Shown: in pieces, positions 10,742 through 21,740 of the stretch
Layout: every line of letters begins with the position of its first letter
Numbering within the stretch: the first letter of the stretch is position 1
Virus record (IMG/VR): IMGVR_UViG_3300017912_002743
Span: 1-51,237 of that record
Length of the DNA stretch: 51,237 nt
DNA from: a virus
Taxonomy: Duplodnaviria > Caudoviricetes
Strand: one strand, 5' to 3'
Notes under the pieces: model-generated
The model's database searches: none
The model's input: only the letters and a program-made list of their open reading frames with translations
What the model was told of the DNA's origin: nothing
Program-made: the position numbers and the translations under genes

Positions 10742-10758
10742 TTGGCGTATAAATTCGT

Positions 10759-10766
10759 TATAAATA
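10759..10766 (+). promoter_or_regulatory. T4-type late promoter
   Basis: Exact TATAAATA in intergenic region. Confidence 0.8.
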
Positions 10767-10810
10767 AGGAACAGATATTAATATTAAAACACATCAACTA
10801 GGAGAAAAAA

Positions 10811-11272
10811 ATGATTCTTGATGTAGAAAAAATGAATGCGTTAGGTCGCGTTCAAATCCAGCTTTTCGATGCAGATGGAAATCTGAAAGAAGAGCAACAA
10901 GTGAAGAACTTGGTTGTGACCACTGGTCTTAACCATATCGCCGATAGACTCGGTGCTTCTTCACCAGCAACTCGTATGTCACATATGGAAGTTGGCACAG
11001 GCACAACTGCTCCAGCTGCTGGTAACACAGCGTTGGAAACAGCAATTGCTTCCTCTCGTGTAACACTGACATCACAAACTGTTTCAACTAACACTGTTGA
11101 GTATGTAGGTGATTTCCCAGCTGGTACAGGAACAGGTGCTGTTACAGAAGCAGGGGTATTTAATGCATCCTCTTCTGGCACAATGCTTTGCCGTACAACT
11201 TTCTCAGTTGTGAACAAAGGTGCTGCGGACACACTGAAGATTACTTGGACGCTTACAGTTTCTGACACGTAA
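10811..11272 (+). CDS. Virion structural protein (tail-collar/fibre-attachment-like)
   Basis: NLVVTTG..IA, MEVGTGTTAP..TALE, GAVTEAGVFN..GTMLCR, VVNKGAADTLKITWT pattern common in phage tail/baseplate proteins; AGGAG RBS. Confidence 0.65.
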   Translation: MILDVEKMNALGRVQIQLFDADGNLKEEQQVKNLVVTTGLNHIADRLGASSPATRMSHMEVGTGTTAPAAGNTALETAIASSRVTLTSQTVSTNTVEYVGDFPAGTGTGAVTEAGVFNASSSGTMLCRTTFSVVNKGAADTLKITWTLTVSDT

Positions 11273-11297
11273 ACCTAACAGTTAGGAGTTAGAAACT

Positions 11298-12902
11298 ATG
11301 GCATTACTGCTTAGAAAAGCTGCAAATGTAGAAAATGCTCGTTCTTTTTATAGGGATATCTTTAATGAGAACGACTTTTTCTATATGTTTGCATCACGTG
11401 CAAGATCTTGGACGGATGATACCACTCCAGAGACTCCACGTGATTCTCAATACTATCAGGCGACTTATCGTCAGGATATGCTTTTCGTTAAAAGAATACA
11501 AGCATCGGATGCAGTATTGCTTGCACCAAGATATGATTGGGTTTCAGGCACAATCTACGATCAATATGATGATGAGTATGCAGACAATCACCCAGCTTAT
11601 AGTGGTGCGACGAACTTAGCTAACGCCAAGTTCTATGTAATGACGGATGAATTTAACGTCTATAAGTGTCTTGATAATAACAGTAATGCACAAAGCACAG
11701 TTAAACCGACATCTACATCAACTGACACTTTTAAACTTGATGATGGTTATACTTGGAAATTTATGTTTCAAATCGGTGCAGCTGATAGAACGAAGTTCTT
11801 AAATGTCAATTTTATTCCTGTCAGAAAAGTTTCTGGTGCAGGTAATCCAGCTTTTGACGTGAACGGAGAGTTAGATAGCATCACAGTAACAGCTGGTGGG
11901 TCAGGATATACTTCTGCACCCACTGTTGTCATCGAAGGAGATGGCACTGGTGCTGTTGCAACTGCTACTGTTAGCAGTGGTGCAGTAACTGCAATCACAA
12001 TCACCAGCGAGGGTCGTGGCTACTCATTTGCGTTTATCAAACTTACTGGTGGTGGTGGCTCTGGGGCAACTGCTACGGCTGCACTCGGTTCTACAGAAAC
12101 TCCTTCATTACAATCATCCGTAGAAGCAGCAGCTGTTAAGGGTACTCTCGACCGTATTGTTGTTACAAATGGTGGTGTTGACTACGTTGAAGGTGATGTA
12201 GTAATCACAGTAAAAGGTGACGGAACTGGTGCGACTGCTTCAGCTACTGTAAATTCAGCTGGTACAATTACATCAGTGGCAGTTACAAATCCTGGATCCA
12301 ATTATACTTTTGTTGAATTAGAGATTACACAATCAATTGGTTCGGGAACAGGTTGTACTTTAAGACCAGTTGTTGCACCAAACTCTGGGCATGGCGGTAA
12401 TCCTCCAAGAGAATTGTTTGCTAAAAACGTGGGTGTAACAGTTTCATTTACAAGTGATGATGCAGACATTATAGTTGGTAACGAATTTAGACAAGTAGGT
12501 ATAATTAAGAATATGCATAACTTTGCAGAGACAGGAACTTTTACCGATTCTATTGGAACTCCATGTCATGTAGTAACAGTCAGTGCTGCAAATGTATCAA
12601 AATTTAATTTGGATGATATTGTAACAACTGATGATGGTGGTAGATTCTCAGTCATACAAAACATCGATACAAATAATGACGGAGTAAATGACACTGTTTA
12701 TCTCCTACAGAAGTTTCCTGGAATTTCAGCTTCGTCAACTTTTACAAATGTTACCACAGGTGACACAGGAATGACTATAAATAGTTTAGCGACTCCAGAG
12801 ATAAGCAACCACTCAGGTGAGATCCTATATATTGATAACAGACGACCTATCACTAGGGATGAAAATCAGGTTGAAACATTGAAGGTGGTATTTAATTTTT
12901 AA
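11298..12902 (+). CDS. gp8: Baseplate wedge subunit gp8
   Basis: [68 protein letters not shown]. Confidence 0.88.
   Translation: MALLLRKAANVENARSFYRDIFNENDFFYMFASRARSWTDDTTPETPRDSQYYQATYRQDMLFVKRIQASDAVLLAPRYDWVSGTIYDQYDDEYADNHPAYSGATNLANAKFYVMTDEFNVYKCLDNNSNAQSTVKPTSTSTDTFKLDDGYTWKFMFQIGAADRTKFLNVNFIPVRKVSGAGNPAFDVNGELDSITVTAGGSGYTSAPTVVIEGDGTGAVATATVSSGAVTAITITSEGRGYSFAFIKLTGGGGSGATATAALGSTETPSLQSSVEAAAVKGTLDRIVVTNGGVDYVEGDVVITVKGDGTGATASATVNSAGTITSVAVTNPGSNYTFVELEITQSIGSGTGCTLRPVVAPNSGHGGNPPRELFAKNVGVTVSFTSDDADIIVGNEFRQVGIIKNMHNFAETGTFTDSIGTPCHVVTVSAANVSKFNLDDIVTTDDGGRFSVIQNIDTNNDGVNDTVYLLQKFPGISASSTFTNVTTGDTGMTINSLATPEISNHSGEILYIDNRRPITRDENQVETLKVVFNF
12776..12783 (+). promoter_or_regulatory. 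Possible internal late promoter for the 1995-aa gene
   Basis: Exact TATAAATA inside gp8, about 130 nt upstream of the next start. Confidence 0.5.
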
Positions 12903-12911
12903 GGTAAACAA

Positions 12912-15900
12912 ATGGCATTAAATCTAAACACAAGTCCATATTTTGATAACTTCGATAGAGCGAAGAAATTTGCACGTATTCTGTTCAAACCTGGAGTTGC
13001 AGTACAAGCAAGAGAATTGACGCAGATGCAAACAATCTTGCAAGACACAATAGGAAACTTTGCCGACCATGTGTTCAAGGATGGTGCAAGAGTAAAAGGG
13101 GCGAGTGGTGAACCACTGATCAGAGATTATATTAAGATTAATGACCTCGATGCTTCATCTGCAACAGTTTCAAACGATACTCTTGCAAACTTTGTTGGTG
13201 ATACACTAACTGGTGGTACGAGTGGACTAAAAGCTAAAATCTCTAAAGCTACAACAGGTCTTGATACAGACGCTGTTGATAAGAAAACATTTTATATTGA
13301 TTATATTCAAGGTTCAAGTACTGGCGCATACTTACACTTCGAAGCTGGTGAAACACTTACAGTAACATCTACAGACTCTGGAAGAAACGGTAGTACATTT
13401 GTTGTAGATAATGGTACAGACGCAAACGATGCAACAAGAAATTATTTCGGTTCAGGTCTTGACTTTGTAATCGAAGACGGTATTTTATACATCGATGGAT
13501 ATTTTGTATACCACGATAAACAAGAAATTAATCTAGAAAAATATAAAACAGATGCTAACTATTATGTTGGTGTTAAATTTAAAGATTCAAAGGTTACAGC
13601 AGACGAAGACACCACACTAAACGACCCAGCAACTGGTACATTTAACTTCAATGCTCCAGGAGCAGACCGTTATAAGGTATCAACTGAGATTGCTAAACTT
13701 GGTCTTACAGCCACAAACGATTCAGATTTTATCTCTCTTTACACCGTTGAAGAGGGATTACTTTCTCGTGGCGATGATGTTGGAGATCTAGATTTTTATA
13801 ACAGATTAGGTGCTACACTTGCCTCAAGAACAAAAGAAGAAAGCGGTAACTATGTTATTAAAAACTTTGAAGTAACAGTCAGAGAGCATTTATCAACTAG
13901 CGGAAACAGAGGTTTGCTGACTTCTAGTGAAGGCGGTTCAGCTGATCACATCGCTGTTGGTGTTGGTCGTGGTCTTGCATATGTGAATGGTTATAGAAGG
14001 GAATTCCTTTCACCGACATATGTTAAGGTAGATAAAGCAAACGAAAGTGTTGTTGAAGAAGGGTTTACAGTTTCAACAGCATACGGTAACTATGTTATTG
14101 TTGACGAGGTTGCTGGTAACTGGGATATTCAAGACGGCACACTCGTAAAATTTGGAGATACAGCATCTGATGCAGCAACAGACAATACATATTCTATCCA
14201 CGCTGCACCTTCTACTATAATTGGACAAGCACGTGTAAGACAGATCCGTTATGAAAGCGGAACAGTAAATGCTGCAGCATGTAAGTATCGTTTATATCTT
14301 TATGATATTCGTATGACTGCTGGCACATTCGGTGATATTAAAACAATTTATCACGATGATGATGCAATTAATGGTTTTGCAGACCCAGTATTGGAAAGCG
14401 GTAAGGCAGTTCTTAAAGAATCAAATTCAAACCAACTCGTATTTCAGGCTCCATTCCAAGCTGCAAAAACTCTTGCAACTGATACTGGTAACACATACGA
14501 TAATAACTATACATACCAAAAAGAATTCTCTACTGAATTTACAACATCAGGAACTTCTACACTAACTGTAACTGGTACAGAAACTTTCCCATATTCTTCA
14601 ACACCAACTCAAACTCAACTTGATACTGAGTTCTATATGGTGTTTCAAGCTGATGCAACACTCGATTCAGTAGCATATAAAGCAGGTGAGCCATTTAGAT
14701 TGACTCCTTCGATGATTACATCGATATCAAATACTGCAATTAACTTTGATATCGGCACATCACTTAGTGCTGCAACTGATGTAACAATTCATGTAAAAGT
14801 AAAACAAACTGATGTAACACCTACACCAATCAACGCTCTAGCATCAAGATATGTTAAGATTGATACTTCTACAAATGAGATGGGTGCGACTGGACCATGG
14901 AACTTAGGAATTGCAAACTGTTACAAATTAGAAGCAGTTTATATTGATGGCTCTGCGTACAGCGAATCAGGAACTGATTATAAGAAACAATTTGTTCTTG
15001 AGAATGGACAAGCTGATAATTTCTACGGACATTCAAAACTTGTCAAGAAACCATCCGCAACTATTAGCACAACAGGTAAAAAGATTGTTGTCAAGTTCTC
15101 ACACCTCGAGCCTAACTATGGTGGCTCAGTCGGTTCTTACTTTGCAATCGACTCTTATCCAGTAGACGATACAGGTTCTTCAGGTATCTTCACTTATGAA
15201 ATACCTGTATATAGATCTAAAAAACTTGGTACTTTTGATTTAAGAGATTGTATTGACTTTAGACCTTATGTAAATAATACAGCAACCAGTTCTACTACTA
15301 TGGCTGGTGCATCAGAAAACCCACTCGAAACATTTGACTTGAAGACTATTTCTGGTGGTTATGAGATGCCAATACCGACAGAATCTTATACAACAGATGC
15401 TGAGTATTATCTTTCTCGTATCGATAAGGTTGTGATCAGTGAAAAAGGTAACATTGATGTAATTAAAGGTGCACCAAGAATAGATCCTAGAGCACCAGTT
15501 TCTCCAATCACAGTTATGGAGTTGGGGCAAGTAACGATTCCACCATATCCTTCACTCTCTCCATATATTGGTAAAACGAGTGGAAGAAAAGATTTATCCT
15601 GCCATATTGCACTAAAACAAAACAGACGTTATACAATGGCAGATATTGGTGCGATTGAGAAAAGAATTAATCGCTTAGAATACTATACATCTCTAAACTT
15701 ACTCGAAAAAGATACAGAGAGTCTCAAGATTACAGACTCCTCAGGGAATGACAGATTTAAAAATGGTATCTTTATTCATAACTTTGCAAACCATAATTTA
15801 AGTAATCTCAGAGATCCAGACTTTAATGCAGCAGTAGACACAAGACGTAAGTTCTTGACATGTAACTTTGAAGAAGAACAAGTTGATGTAATCTACGATA

Positions 15901-18899
15901 GCACAAACTCAACAGGTATTACTAAGACAGGTAATCTACTTACATTGCCATACACACTTGTTGATAATCAGAGAAATATTAACGCTTCTAAATTCCGTAA
16001 CTGTATCGGATCATTGTTGTTTAACTATAAAGGTGATATAGAACTTTATCCACAATCAGATAACTTTGTTGCAATGGAAGACGGTGGTGACATAGTCGTT
16101 GAAAATAATGCAATCGGTGCATCACTTGAAAACCTAGCTGATAGTCTGAATAATGCTGGTATCGTAAATGGTATTGAAAGCAGTATGACAGGAACAACAT
16201 CACAAACACAAGATATTGAATTTGGTGGTAGAGATTCTGATTCTGACAGGGGTGGTAGGAGAAACAGAGTAACATCATCTGCGACAGTTGAGTTTAACGC
16301 ATCTATGGATCAAGTTGTAGAATCTTCATCATTACAACAATCAGTAGATACTCTTACAATCGAATCAACAGGAAGCACAACACTTAACCAAGACTTAGGT
16401 GACAGGATTGTTGATATTGGGTTCTCGCCATTTATGAGATCTCAAAACGTAACTTTCAACGCCACGAGATTAAAGCCAAATACTCGTGTGTATGCATACT
16501 TTGATGGAGATCCAGTTTCTGATCATTGTCGTGCATTAACATATTCTACATTTACTTCTAGACTTGCAGCTGGTGTAGATAACTTCTGGTCAGACTTCAA
16601 TGAAACAACCAATGCATTTGGTTCTGCTCTTGTAACCGACTCTGAAGGTAGACTTGCAGCACAGTTTAGAATACCAACAGACACTTTCCGTATTGGTGAA
16701 AAAGTATTACGTCTTACAGATGATATTTTAAACAGAGATGGCTTTACAACTACTTCTGCCGAAGCGACATTCTCGTCATTCGGTCTAGATGCAGTGAGCC
16801 AAGGATCGATTATTTCTACTCAAGTGCCTTCATTCGCAACAGGCACAAACGCTGGTGATCCAAGAACAATTGCAGACTTAGTAACAGATGTCCGTGTTGA
16901 AGATGTAACATCAAACGTAAATGTTGATGTTAATTTAACAGCGGATGACCCAACAGCGCAAACCTTCACGATTACAAATCCTGAAGGTATCTTCTGCCCG
17001 AAAGTCGATCTATATTTCAGAAACAAATCTTCCACTGACGGCATTACAATTCAGATAAGAGAAGTGGTGAATGGATATCCTGGAGCGAGGGTTGTACCTT
17101 ATGGCTCTAAATATCTATCGCCTTCTGAAGTAAACATATCGTCAGAAGCAGCTGATGGAACAGTAACATTTGCTGCGACTGGCGTAACATTTGACTCTCC
17201 TATTTTCCTCGAGGGTGGTAGAGAGTATTGTATTGTTACACTTCCTCAAGCAAACAGCCCAGATTATGAAGTTTGGGTATCAGAACTTGGTGAAAATAAA
17301 GTTGGTACTACAGAAAGAATCGTAGCTGAAGATGTTTCTTCTGGTGTTCTTTTTGTATCATCGAACAACAAAACTTGGAATGCATTCCAAGCTGAAGACT
17401 TAATGCACAGAATATATCGTTGTAACTTTACAGCTGGTGCGACTGGTACAGCTAAGTTTACAAATGGTCCAATTGACTATCTGAAAATGACAGACTTTAC
17501 AAGCGGTGCATTTGCAGCAGGTGATCAACTCCACGGATTTGATATTACTCTGGATAGCGGTGGCTCTGGTCACGCAGTTAATGATATTGTAACCTTTGCT
17601 GGGTTCGGTAATGGAACTGGCTTAAAACTTAAAGTAACAACTGTAAGTTCTGGTGCAGTAACTGGGTTCAGTATTGATACAATGGGATCTGGGTTTACAG
17701 CAGACGGAACAAACGTAGCACAATCTTCAACAACTGGTTCAGGAACTGGGTTTATTGTTGATGTTGTAACTAAGACTGCAGCAGTGGAAAGATATTCAAC
17801 CCTTAATGATGTCGCTAGAACTCAGCTTACAAAGTCTGACTTTAGTGTGAACGATATCATTTCAAATGGTACAACACAAGGAACTCTTTCGTCTATTGAG
17901 AACAAGATATTCAACAAACTACAACTTAACTTCGGTGAATTAATTCTTCCTCAAACTAAGATTGATCACACATATGCTGGTACTCAATCTACTGGAGTTT
18001 CTACGAAAGGAACTTCTTATCGTAAGATTACTAAAGTTGAACAACAAATAACTACAAAAGAGTTTGCTGTATATTCTAAATCAAACGAAGATGCAAACCT
18101 CAGTAGTAACAAATCATTCAATAATACAGCAGTTCTTACAACTGATAATAAGTTTGTCAGTCCAGTAATCGATCTATCTCGTTGTGGGTTTATTACAACT
18201 AAAAATACAATCAATAATGACTCCACTAATGAGGATGCAAACAATAGCGGTAACGCTCTTGCAAAATATATTTCTAAAACTGTAAGACTCTCTGATGGTC
18301 AAGATGCTCAAGATCTAAAAGTTTTCCTAGATGAGAAAACACCAGTTGGTTCTTCAACAAAAGTATATGGTAAATTCTTGGCTGCAGAGGACGATGCAGA
18401 TATTAGAGGAGAACTTGATTGGTTCGAATTGAAAGAAGAATCAGTTCCTGATAATCAAGGTCTAGCACAAACTCAATTTATTGAGAAAAAATATACTATT
18501 GATAATGCAAACCTCAATGGAAGTGATGTGCTTGAATATTCGGTCAAGCGTGTAAGCGCAACTACAATAACCGCTGGTGGATCTGGTTATACCACTGCAC
18601 CAACGGTAACTTTCTCTGGTGGTACAGCTACCAGACAAGCAAAAGGTATAGCAGTTCTAAGTAGTGGAGCAGTTTCCTCGATCATCATTACGGATCCAGG
18701 AAGATACTCTACTTCTTCAGCTGCTCCAACAATAACAATTTCTGGGGGCGGTGGCTCTAGTGCAACAGCAACAGCCACTCTTGGTACTACAACTTATACA
18801 ACCTTCAAAGAGTTTGCAGTGAAGATTGTGATGTTGACTGATAATACCTCGAATGTTCCTCAGTTGAAAAATTTAAGGGCTATTGCTCTGCAGGTATAG
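12912..18899 (+). CDS. Large virion structural protein (DUF4815 / VrlC-like)
   Basis: LNTSPYFDNFD..KFARILFKPGVAVQARELTQMQTILQ, APGADRYK, RTKEESGNY, IDFRP, RYTMADIGAIEKRINRLEYYTSLNLLE, DRFKNG, ends NLRAIALQV. Confidence 0.85.
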   Translation: MALNLNTSPYFDNFDRAKKFARILFKPGVAVQARELTQMQTILQDTIGNFADHVFKDGARVKGASGEPLIRDYIKINDLDASSATVSNDTLANFVGDTLTGGTSGLKAKISKATTGLDTDAVDKKTFYIDYIQGSSTGAYLHFEAGETLTVTSTDSGRNGSTFVVDNGTDANDATRNYFGSGLDFVIEDGILYIDGYFVYHDKQEINLEKYKTDANYYVGVKFKDSKVTADEDTTLNDPATGTFNFNAPGADRYKVSTEIAKLGLTATNDSDFISLYTVEEGLLSRGDDVGDLDFYNRLGATLASRTKEESGNYVIKNFEVTVREHLSTSGNRGLLTSSEGGSADHIAVGVGRGLAYVNGYRREFLSPTYVKVDKANESVVEEGFTVSTAYGNYVIVDEVAGNWDIQDGTLVKFGDTASDAATDNTYSIHAAPSTIIGQARVRQIRYESGTVNAAACKYRLYLYDIRMTAGTFGDIKTIYHDDDAINGFADPVLESGKAVLKESNSNQLVFQAPFQAAKTLATDTGNTYDNNYTYQKEFSTEFTTSGTSTLTVTGTETFPYSSTPTQTQLDTEFYMVFQADATLDSVAYKAGEPFRLTPSMITSISNTAINFDIGTSLSAATDVTIHVKVKQTDVTPTPINALASRYVKIDTSTNEMGATGPWNLGIANCYKLEAVYIDGSAYSESGTDYKKQFVLENGQADNFYGHSKLVKKPSATISTTGKKIVVKFSHLEPNYGGSVGSYFAIDSYPVDDTGSSGIFTYEIPVYRSKKLGTFDLRDCIDFRPYVNNTATSSTTMAGASENPLETFDLKTISGGYEMPIPTESYTTDAEYYLSRIDKVVISEKGNIDVIKGAPRIDPRAPVSPITVMELGQVTIPPYPSLSPYIGKTSGRKDLSCHIALKQNRRYTMADIGAIEKRINRLEYYTSLNLLEKDTESLKITDSSGNDRFKNGIFIHNFANHNLSNLRDPDFNAAVDTRRKFLTCNFEEEQVDVIYDSTNSTGITKTGNLLTLPYTLVDNQRNINASKFRNCIGSLLFNYKGDIELYPQSDNFVAMEDGGDIVVENNAIGASLENLADSLNNAGIVNGIESSMTGTTSQTQDIEFGGRDSDSDRGGRRNRVTSSATVEFNASMDQVVESSSLQQSVDTLTIESTGSTTLNQDLGDRIVDIGFSPFMRSQNVTFNATRLKPNTRVYAYFDGDPVSDHCRALTYSTFTSRLAAGVDNFWSDFNETTNAFGSALVTDSEGRLAAQFRIPTDTFRIGEKVLRLTDDILNRDGFTTTSAEATFSSFGLDAVSQGSIISTQVPSFATGTNAGDPRTIADLVTDVRVEDVTSNVNVDVNLTADDPTAQTFTITNPEGIFCPKVDLYFRNKSSTDGITIQIREVVNGYPGARVVPYGSKYLSPSEVNISSEAADGTVTFAATGVTFDSPIFLEGGREYCIVTLPQANSPDYEVWVSELGENKVGTTERIVAEDVSSGVLFVSSNNKTWNAFQAEDLMHRIYRCNFTAGATGTAKFTNGPIDYLKMTDFTSGAFAAGDQLHGFDITLDSGGSGHAVNDIVTFAGFGNGTGLKLKVTTVSSGAVTGFSIDTMGSGFTADGTNVAQSSTTGSGTGFIVDVVTKTAAVERYSTLNDVARTQLTKSDFSVNDIISNGTTQGTLSSIENKIFNKLQLNFGELILPQTKIDHTYAGTQSTGVSTKGTSYRKITKVEQQITTKEFAVYSKSNEDANLSSNKSFNNTAVLTTDNKFVSPVIDLSRCGFITTKNTINNDSTNEDANNSGNALAKYISKTVRLSDGQDAQDLKVFLDEKTPVGSSTKVYGKFLAAEDDADIRGELDWFELKEESVPDNQGLAQTQFIEKKYTIDNANLNGSDVLEYSVKRVSATTITAGGSGYTTAPTVTFSGGTATRQAKGIAVLSSGAVSSIIITDPGRYSTSSAAPTITISGGGGSSATATATLGTTTYTTFKEFAVKIVMLTDNTSNVPQLKNLRAIALQV

Positions 18900-18907
18900 G
18901 TAATTAA

Positions 18908-19108
18908 ATGTCTGGTTTTACAACTGATAAATACACAAGAGATCCAGATACTAATGCATTACTCAGTAATGATTTAGCTGGGCTCGAACAATATAAAAAG
19001 CAAAAAAGACAATCTAAGAAGTTAGATGAAGTTTGCGATGATATAAATAGTCTGAAAGAAGATTTGGCAATGATAAAAGATGCCATTCAGGTAATTTTAA
19101 AAAAATAG
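18908..19108 (+). CDS. Small coiled-coil protein following DUF4815 gene
   Basis: 66 aa, RDPDTNALL motif followed by heptad-like helix. Confidence 0.7.
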   Translation: MSGFTTDKYTRDPDTNALLSNDLAGLEQYKKQKRQSKKLDEVCDDINSLKEDLAMIKDAIQVILKK

Positions 19109-19118
19109 GTAAGAAAAA

Positions 19119-20162
19119 ATGTCAACACTTACAACTCGTTCAGGTAAAGGCTCTCCACTTACTAACACAGAAGTAGATAGTAACTTTACCAATCTAAACA
19201 CCGATAAGTATCAAAGCGGTGATGATATTGTTGTTGATGATATTACGGTATCAGGTAGATTTATTGTTGGTGTTGATGCTTCAGTAACTGCTGCAGGCAC
19301 AACACAAGGTGATGCAACAGCTTTAACAAAAACATATAACATTATTAATACAGCAAGTGCGAACCAAGGGGTAAAACTTTTAGACGCATCTACTGGTACA
19401 CGTGTAACTATATTTAACTCTACTGCAAATACAGTAAAAATTTATCCATATACTGGTGAGTCTATCAATGACCTTTCAGCCAATGCTGCACTTTCACTTG
19501 GTCCAGAAAAAGGTCGTGACTTTATTGCTGTGTCAGCAACTCAATGGCAATCCACTGACGAAGGTGATGCAGTTGTTGCAACTACTTTAACTGCAACAGG
19601 TCTAGCATCTCTTGATGGTGGTATTGATGTTGATTCTGCATTTACAGTAGCTGATTCAACAGGTAACGTCGCCACGACAGGAACTTTAACAGTAGATGGT
19701 CTAGCATCTCTTGATGGTGGTATTGATGTAAACGGTTCAAACTTTACTGTTGCAACCACAGGTAACATAGCAACTGCTGGTGACTTGAGTGTAACAGGAG
19801 CAACTACTCTTTCAGGAGATTTGAAATACGGTATCACTGCAGCAGTAACTTCAGCTGGTTCTGATCAGGGTGATGCAACTGCACTTACAGAAACAATTAA
19901 CATTGTTAGTTCTTCAACTGCTGGTCAGGGTGTAAAACTGAAAGCAGCTGCAACAGGATTAAGAGTAGAAATTTATAACACAACGGCGAATGATATCAAA
20001 GTCTATCCTAATACTTCTGATACAATTGATGGTGGGTCTGCAAATGCTGCAAAAGACTTACCAGCCAAAACATCTATGGTTTTGGTATGTAAAGACGCTA
20101 CAAACTGGGAAGTATTAAGACCAATAGCAATTTATGGTTCAAACGGCGACTTGTTAAACTAA
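19119..20162 (+). CDS. Fibre-like structural protein with duplicated domain
   Basis: N-terminus TLTTRSGKGSPLTNTEVDSNFTNLNTDK is a common fibre-attachment motif; two copies of VTxAG..QGDATALT..NI..QGVKL..G.RV.I.N.TAN..K.YP. Confidence 0.7.
   Translation: MSTLTTRSGKGSPLTNTEVDSNFTNLNTDKYQSGDDIVVDDITVSGRFIVGVDASVTAAGTTQGDATALTKTYNIINTASANQGVKLLDASTGTRVTIFNSTANTVKIYPYTGESINDLSANAALSLGPEKGRDFIAVSATQWQSTDEGDAVVATTLTATGLASLDGGIDVDSAFTVADSTGNVATTGTLTVDGLASLDGGIDVNGSNFTVATTGNIATAGDLSVTGATTLSGDLKYGITAAVTSAGSDQGDATALTETINIVSSSTAGQGVKLKAAATGLRVEIYNTTANDIKVYPNTSDTIDGGSANAAKDLPAKTSMVLVCKDATNWEVLRPIAIYGSNGDLLN
19599..19729 (+). repeat. Exact 32-nt direct repeat (19599-19630 and 19698-19729)
   Basis: ggtctagcatctcttgatggtggtattgatgt twice, 99 nt apart; encodes GLASLDGGIDV. 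Confidence 0.9.
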
Positions 20163-20172
20163 GGATTTTATT

Positions 20173-21255
20173 ATGGCTGGTCCAATAAGAATAGAAGGTA
20201 CTACAGACTCAGAAGGAAATAACTACGAAGGTGGTGTTCGTGAGATGACCACCACTGAGTTGACTACAACTACTGCTAATCTGATCACAACAAAATATGC
20301 CAGTGTAGATGGAACCGCTTCTCTGAGATTAAGAACTTCAGGCAGTGTCCCTTCTGGTTTTACTGATATTGGTTCATTTACAGACAGAAAAAGAAACGAT
20401 GCAGTTGGTACACACCCAACAGACGGAGCATCAACAACTGTAAACACTTATACAATCGCAATGGGTACTACTGCAGATAGTGGTTCTCACGAAAGACCAG
20501 TAAGAGTAAATGCTGATGGCGATTTACTTGAGATGACAGATGCTGAGATCGATACTGAAGTTTGCGATCCAATTATTGCAGCTATGGTTGCAGGCAATAC
20601 AAATACAGCAGGTCTTTATTACCTATCAGCTTCTGCTCCATCAGGTGGTACGTGGACAAGCAGAGGAACTATTTCTGACACACAAGTAGACGGAACTACC
20701 GTAACAAAAACACTTTGGCAAAAAACTGCAGCAACCACTACACATACTCTTCAAACATTCGAGAGTTTAGTTAAAAAACCAGATGATCAATCTTTACAAG
20801 CGATGTCAACAGCTGAAGTTGAAGCATTATATGCACCTTTTGTAAACAGAATTCAAGACGCCACAGGTTTACAAATTGGCTCATATGACTTTGAAACATC
20901 TACTACAGGCTTATCTGGAACTTGGCAACAGCAAGGTGAAACGATGACTGATCAGATGAAAGACACAGCAACTTATGCATACGCTGGTTCTTACACTGGG
21001 TCATATACAGGTTATTATGACGGAACATATTCTGGTACATATGATGGAACATATGCAGGAACTTATGCAGCATCTTTTAGTGGATATTCTGGAACAGCAT
21101 ATACTGGATCTTATACAGGTTCATATACTGGTGCATATACTGGTGCATATGCAGGATCTTATTCAGGAACATACACAGGTTATTATGATGGTGTGACTAT
21201 CATCAGTACTTCAAGTTCTCAGGAAACTAAAAAACTGTTTGTTAAAATTGGATAA
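20173..21255 (+). CDS. Putative virion protein with C-terminal Tyr-x-Gly-x repeats
   Basis: 360 aa, Thr/Ser/Gly-rich, co-oriented with tail genes; three internal modules (..EM[TS]..E) and a YxGx array. Confidence 0.7.
   Translation: MAGPIRIEGTTDSEGNNYEGGVREMTTTELTTTTANLITTKYASVDGTASLRLRTSGSVPSGFTDIGSFTDRKRNDAVGTHPTDGASTTVNTYTIAMGTTADSGSHERPVRVNADGDLLEMTDAEIDTEVCDPIIAAMVAGNTNTAGLYYLSASAPSGGTWTSRGTISDTQVDGTTVTKTLWQKTAATTTHTLQTFESLVKKPDDQSLQAMSTAEVEALYAPFVNRIQDATGLQIGSYDFETSTTGLSGTWQQQGETMTDQMKDTATYAYAGSYTGSYTGYYDGTYSGTYDGTYAGTYAASFSGYSGTAYTGSYTGSYTGAYTGAYAGSYSGTYTGYYDGVTIISTSSSQETKKLFVKIG
20974..21192 (+). repeat. 12-nt-period coding repeat (YxG[STAY]), about 16 units
   Basis: YAGSYTGSYTGYYDGTYSGTYDGTYAGTYAAS-FSGYSGTA-YTGSYTGSYTGAYTGAYAGSYSGTYTGYYDG. 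Confidence 0.9.
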
Positions 21256-21287
21256 ATAAAAATATATAAATTTATTATGGAGTAATT

Positions 21288-21740
21288 ATGGACGTTATTG
21301 CAACCTCAAACGACGAAATCAAACCACTATGGAAAGATCCTATCTGGAAAGATAAGGATAATAGACGTATGGTCGCCAGAAGATTAACTGGTACTGGCGA
21401 ATATGCGGTTGTTCATATTGATGCATCTGGTGGTGTCAATAAAGATTTCGATGAAATCCTAGAAACCTTTGGCGAAGAAAAGTTAGACGAACTAACAGCC
21501 AAACATAAGGAAGAGCAAATCAGACAAGAGCAGATTCATCGCGAAAGAGTTGAAGCCGATCAAACCAGACGTAAACAAGAAACTCTTTTCAATATGAAAC
21601 TCGAAGCGTTTGAAATCGAAGAAATCAAAACCTCACAAAATAGAGATTTAAAGAAACGTCTTAGAAAGGCAAAGTCGCCAATCGAAATCCAAGCATTTGC
21701 AACCCTGTTGATACAGGAAGCATTGGCGAATGCAGAGTAA
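21288..21740 (+). CDS. Hypothetical protein (helical C-terminus; possible assembly chaperone)
   Basis: 150 aa, GGAG RBS; overlaps the following GT gene. Confidence 0.7.
   Translation: MDVIATSNDEIKPLWKDPIWKDKDNRRMVARRLTGTGEYAVVHIDASGGVNKDFDEILETFGEEKLDELTAKHKEEQIRQEQIHRERVEADQTRRKQETLFNMKLEAFEIEEIKTSQNRDLKKRLRKAKSPIEIQAFATLLIQEALANAE

Noticed and set aside
20974-21192. Periodic DNA as a CRISPR array or DGR template/variable repeat
   Set aside because: 12-nt in-frame coding periodicity with no spacers, no adenine-specific mismatch pair, and no cas or reverse transcriptase gene in the window.
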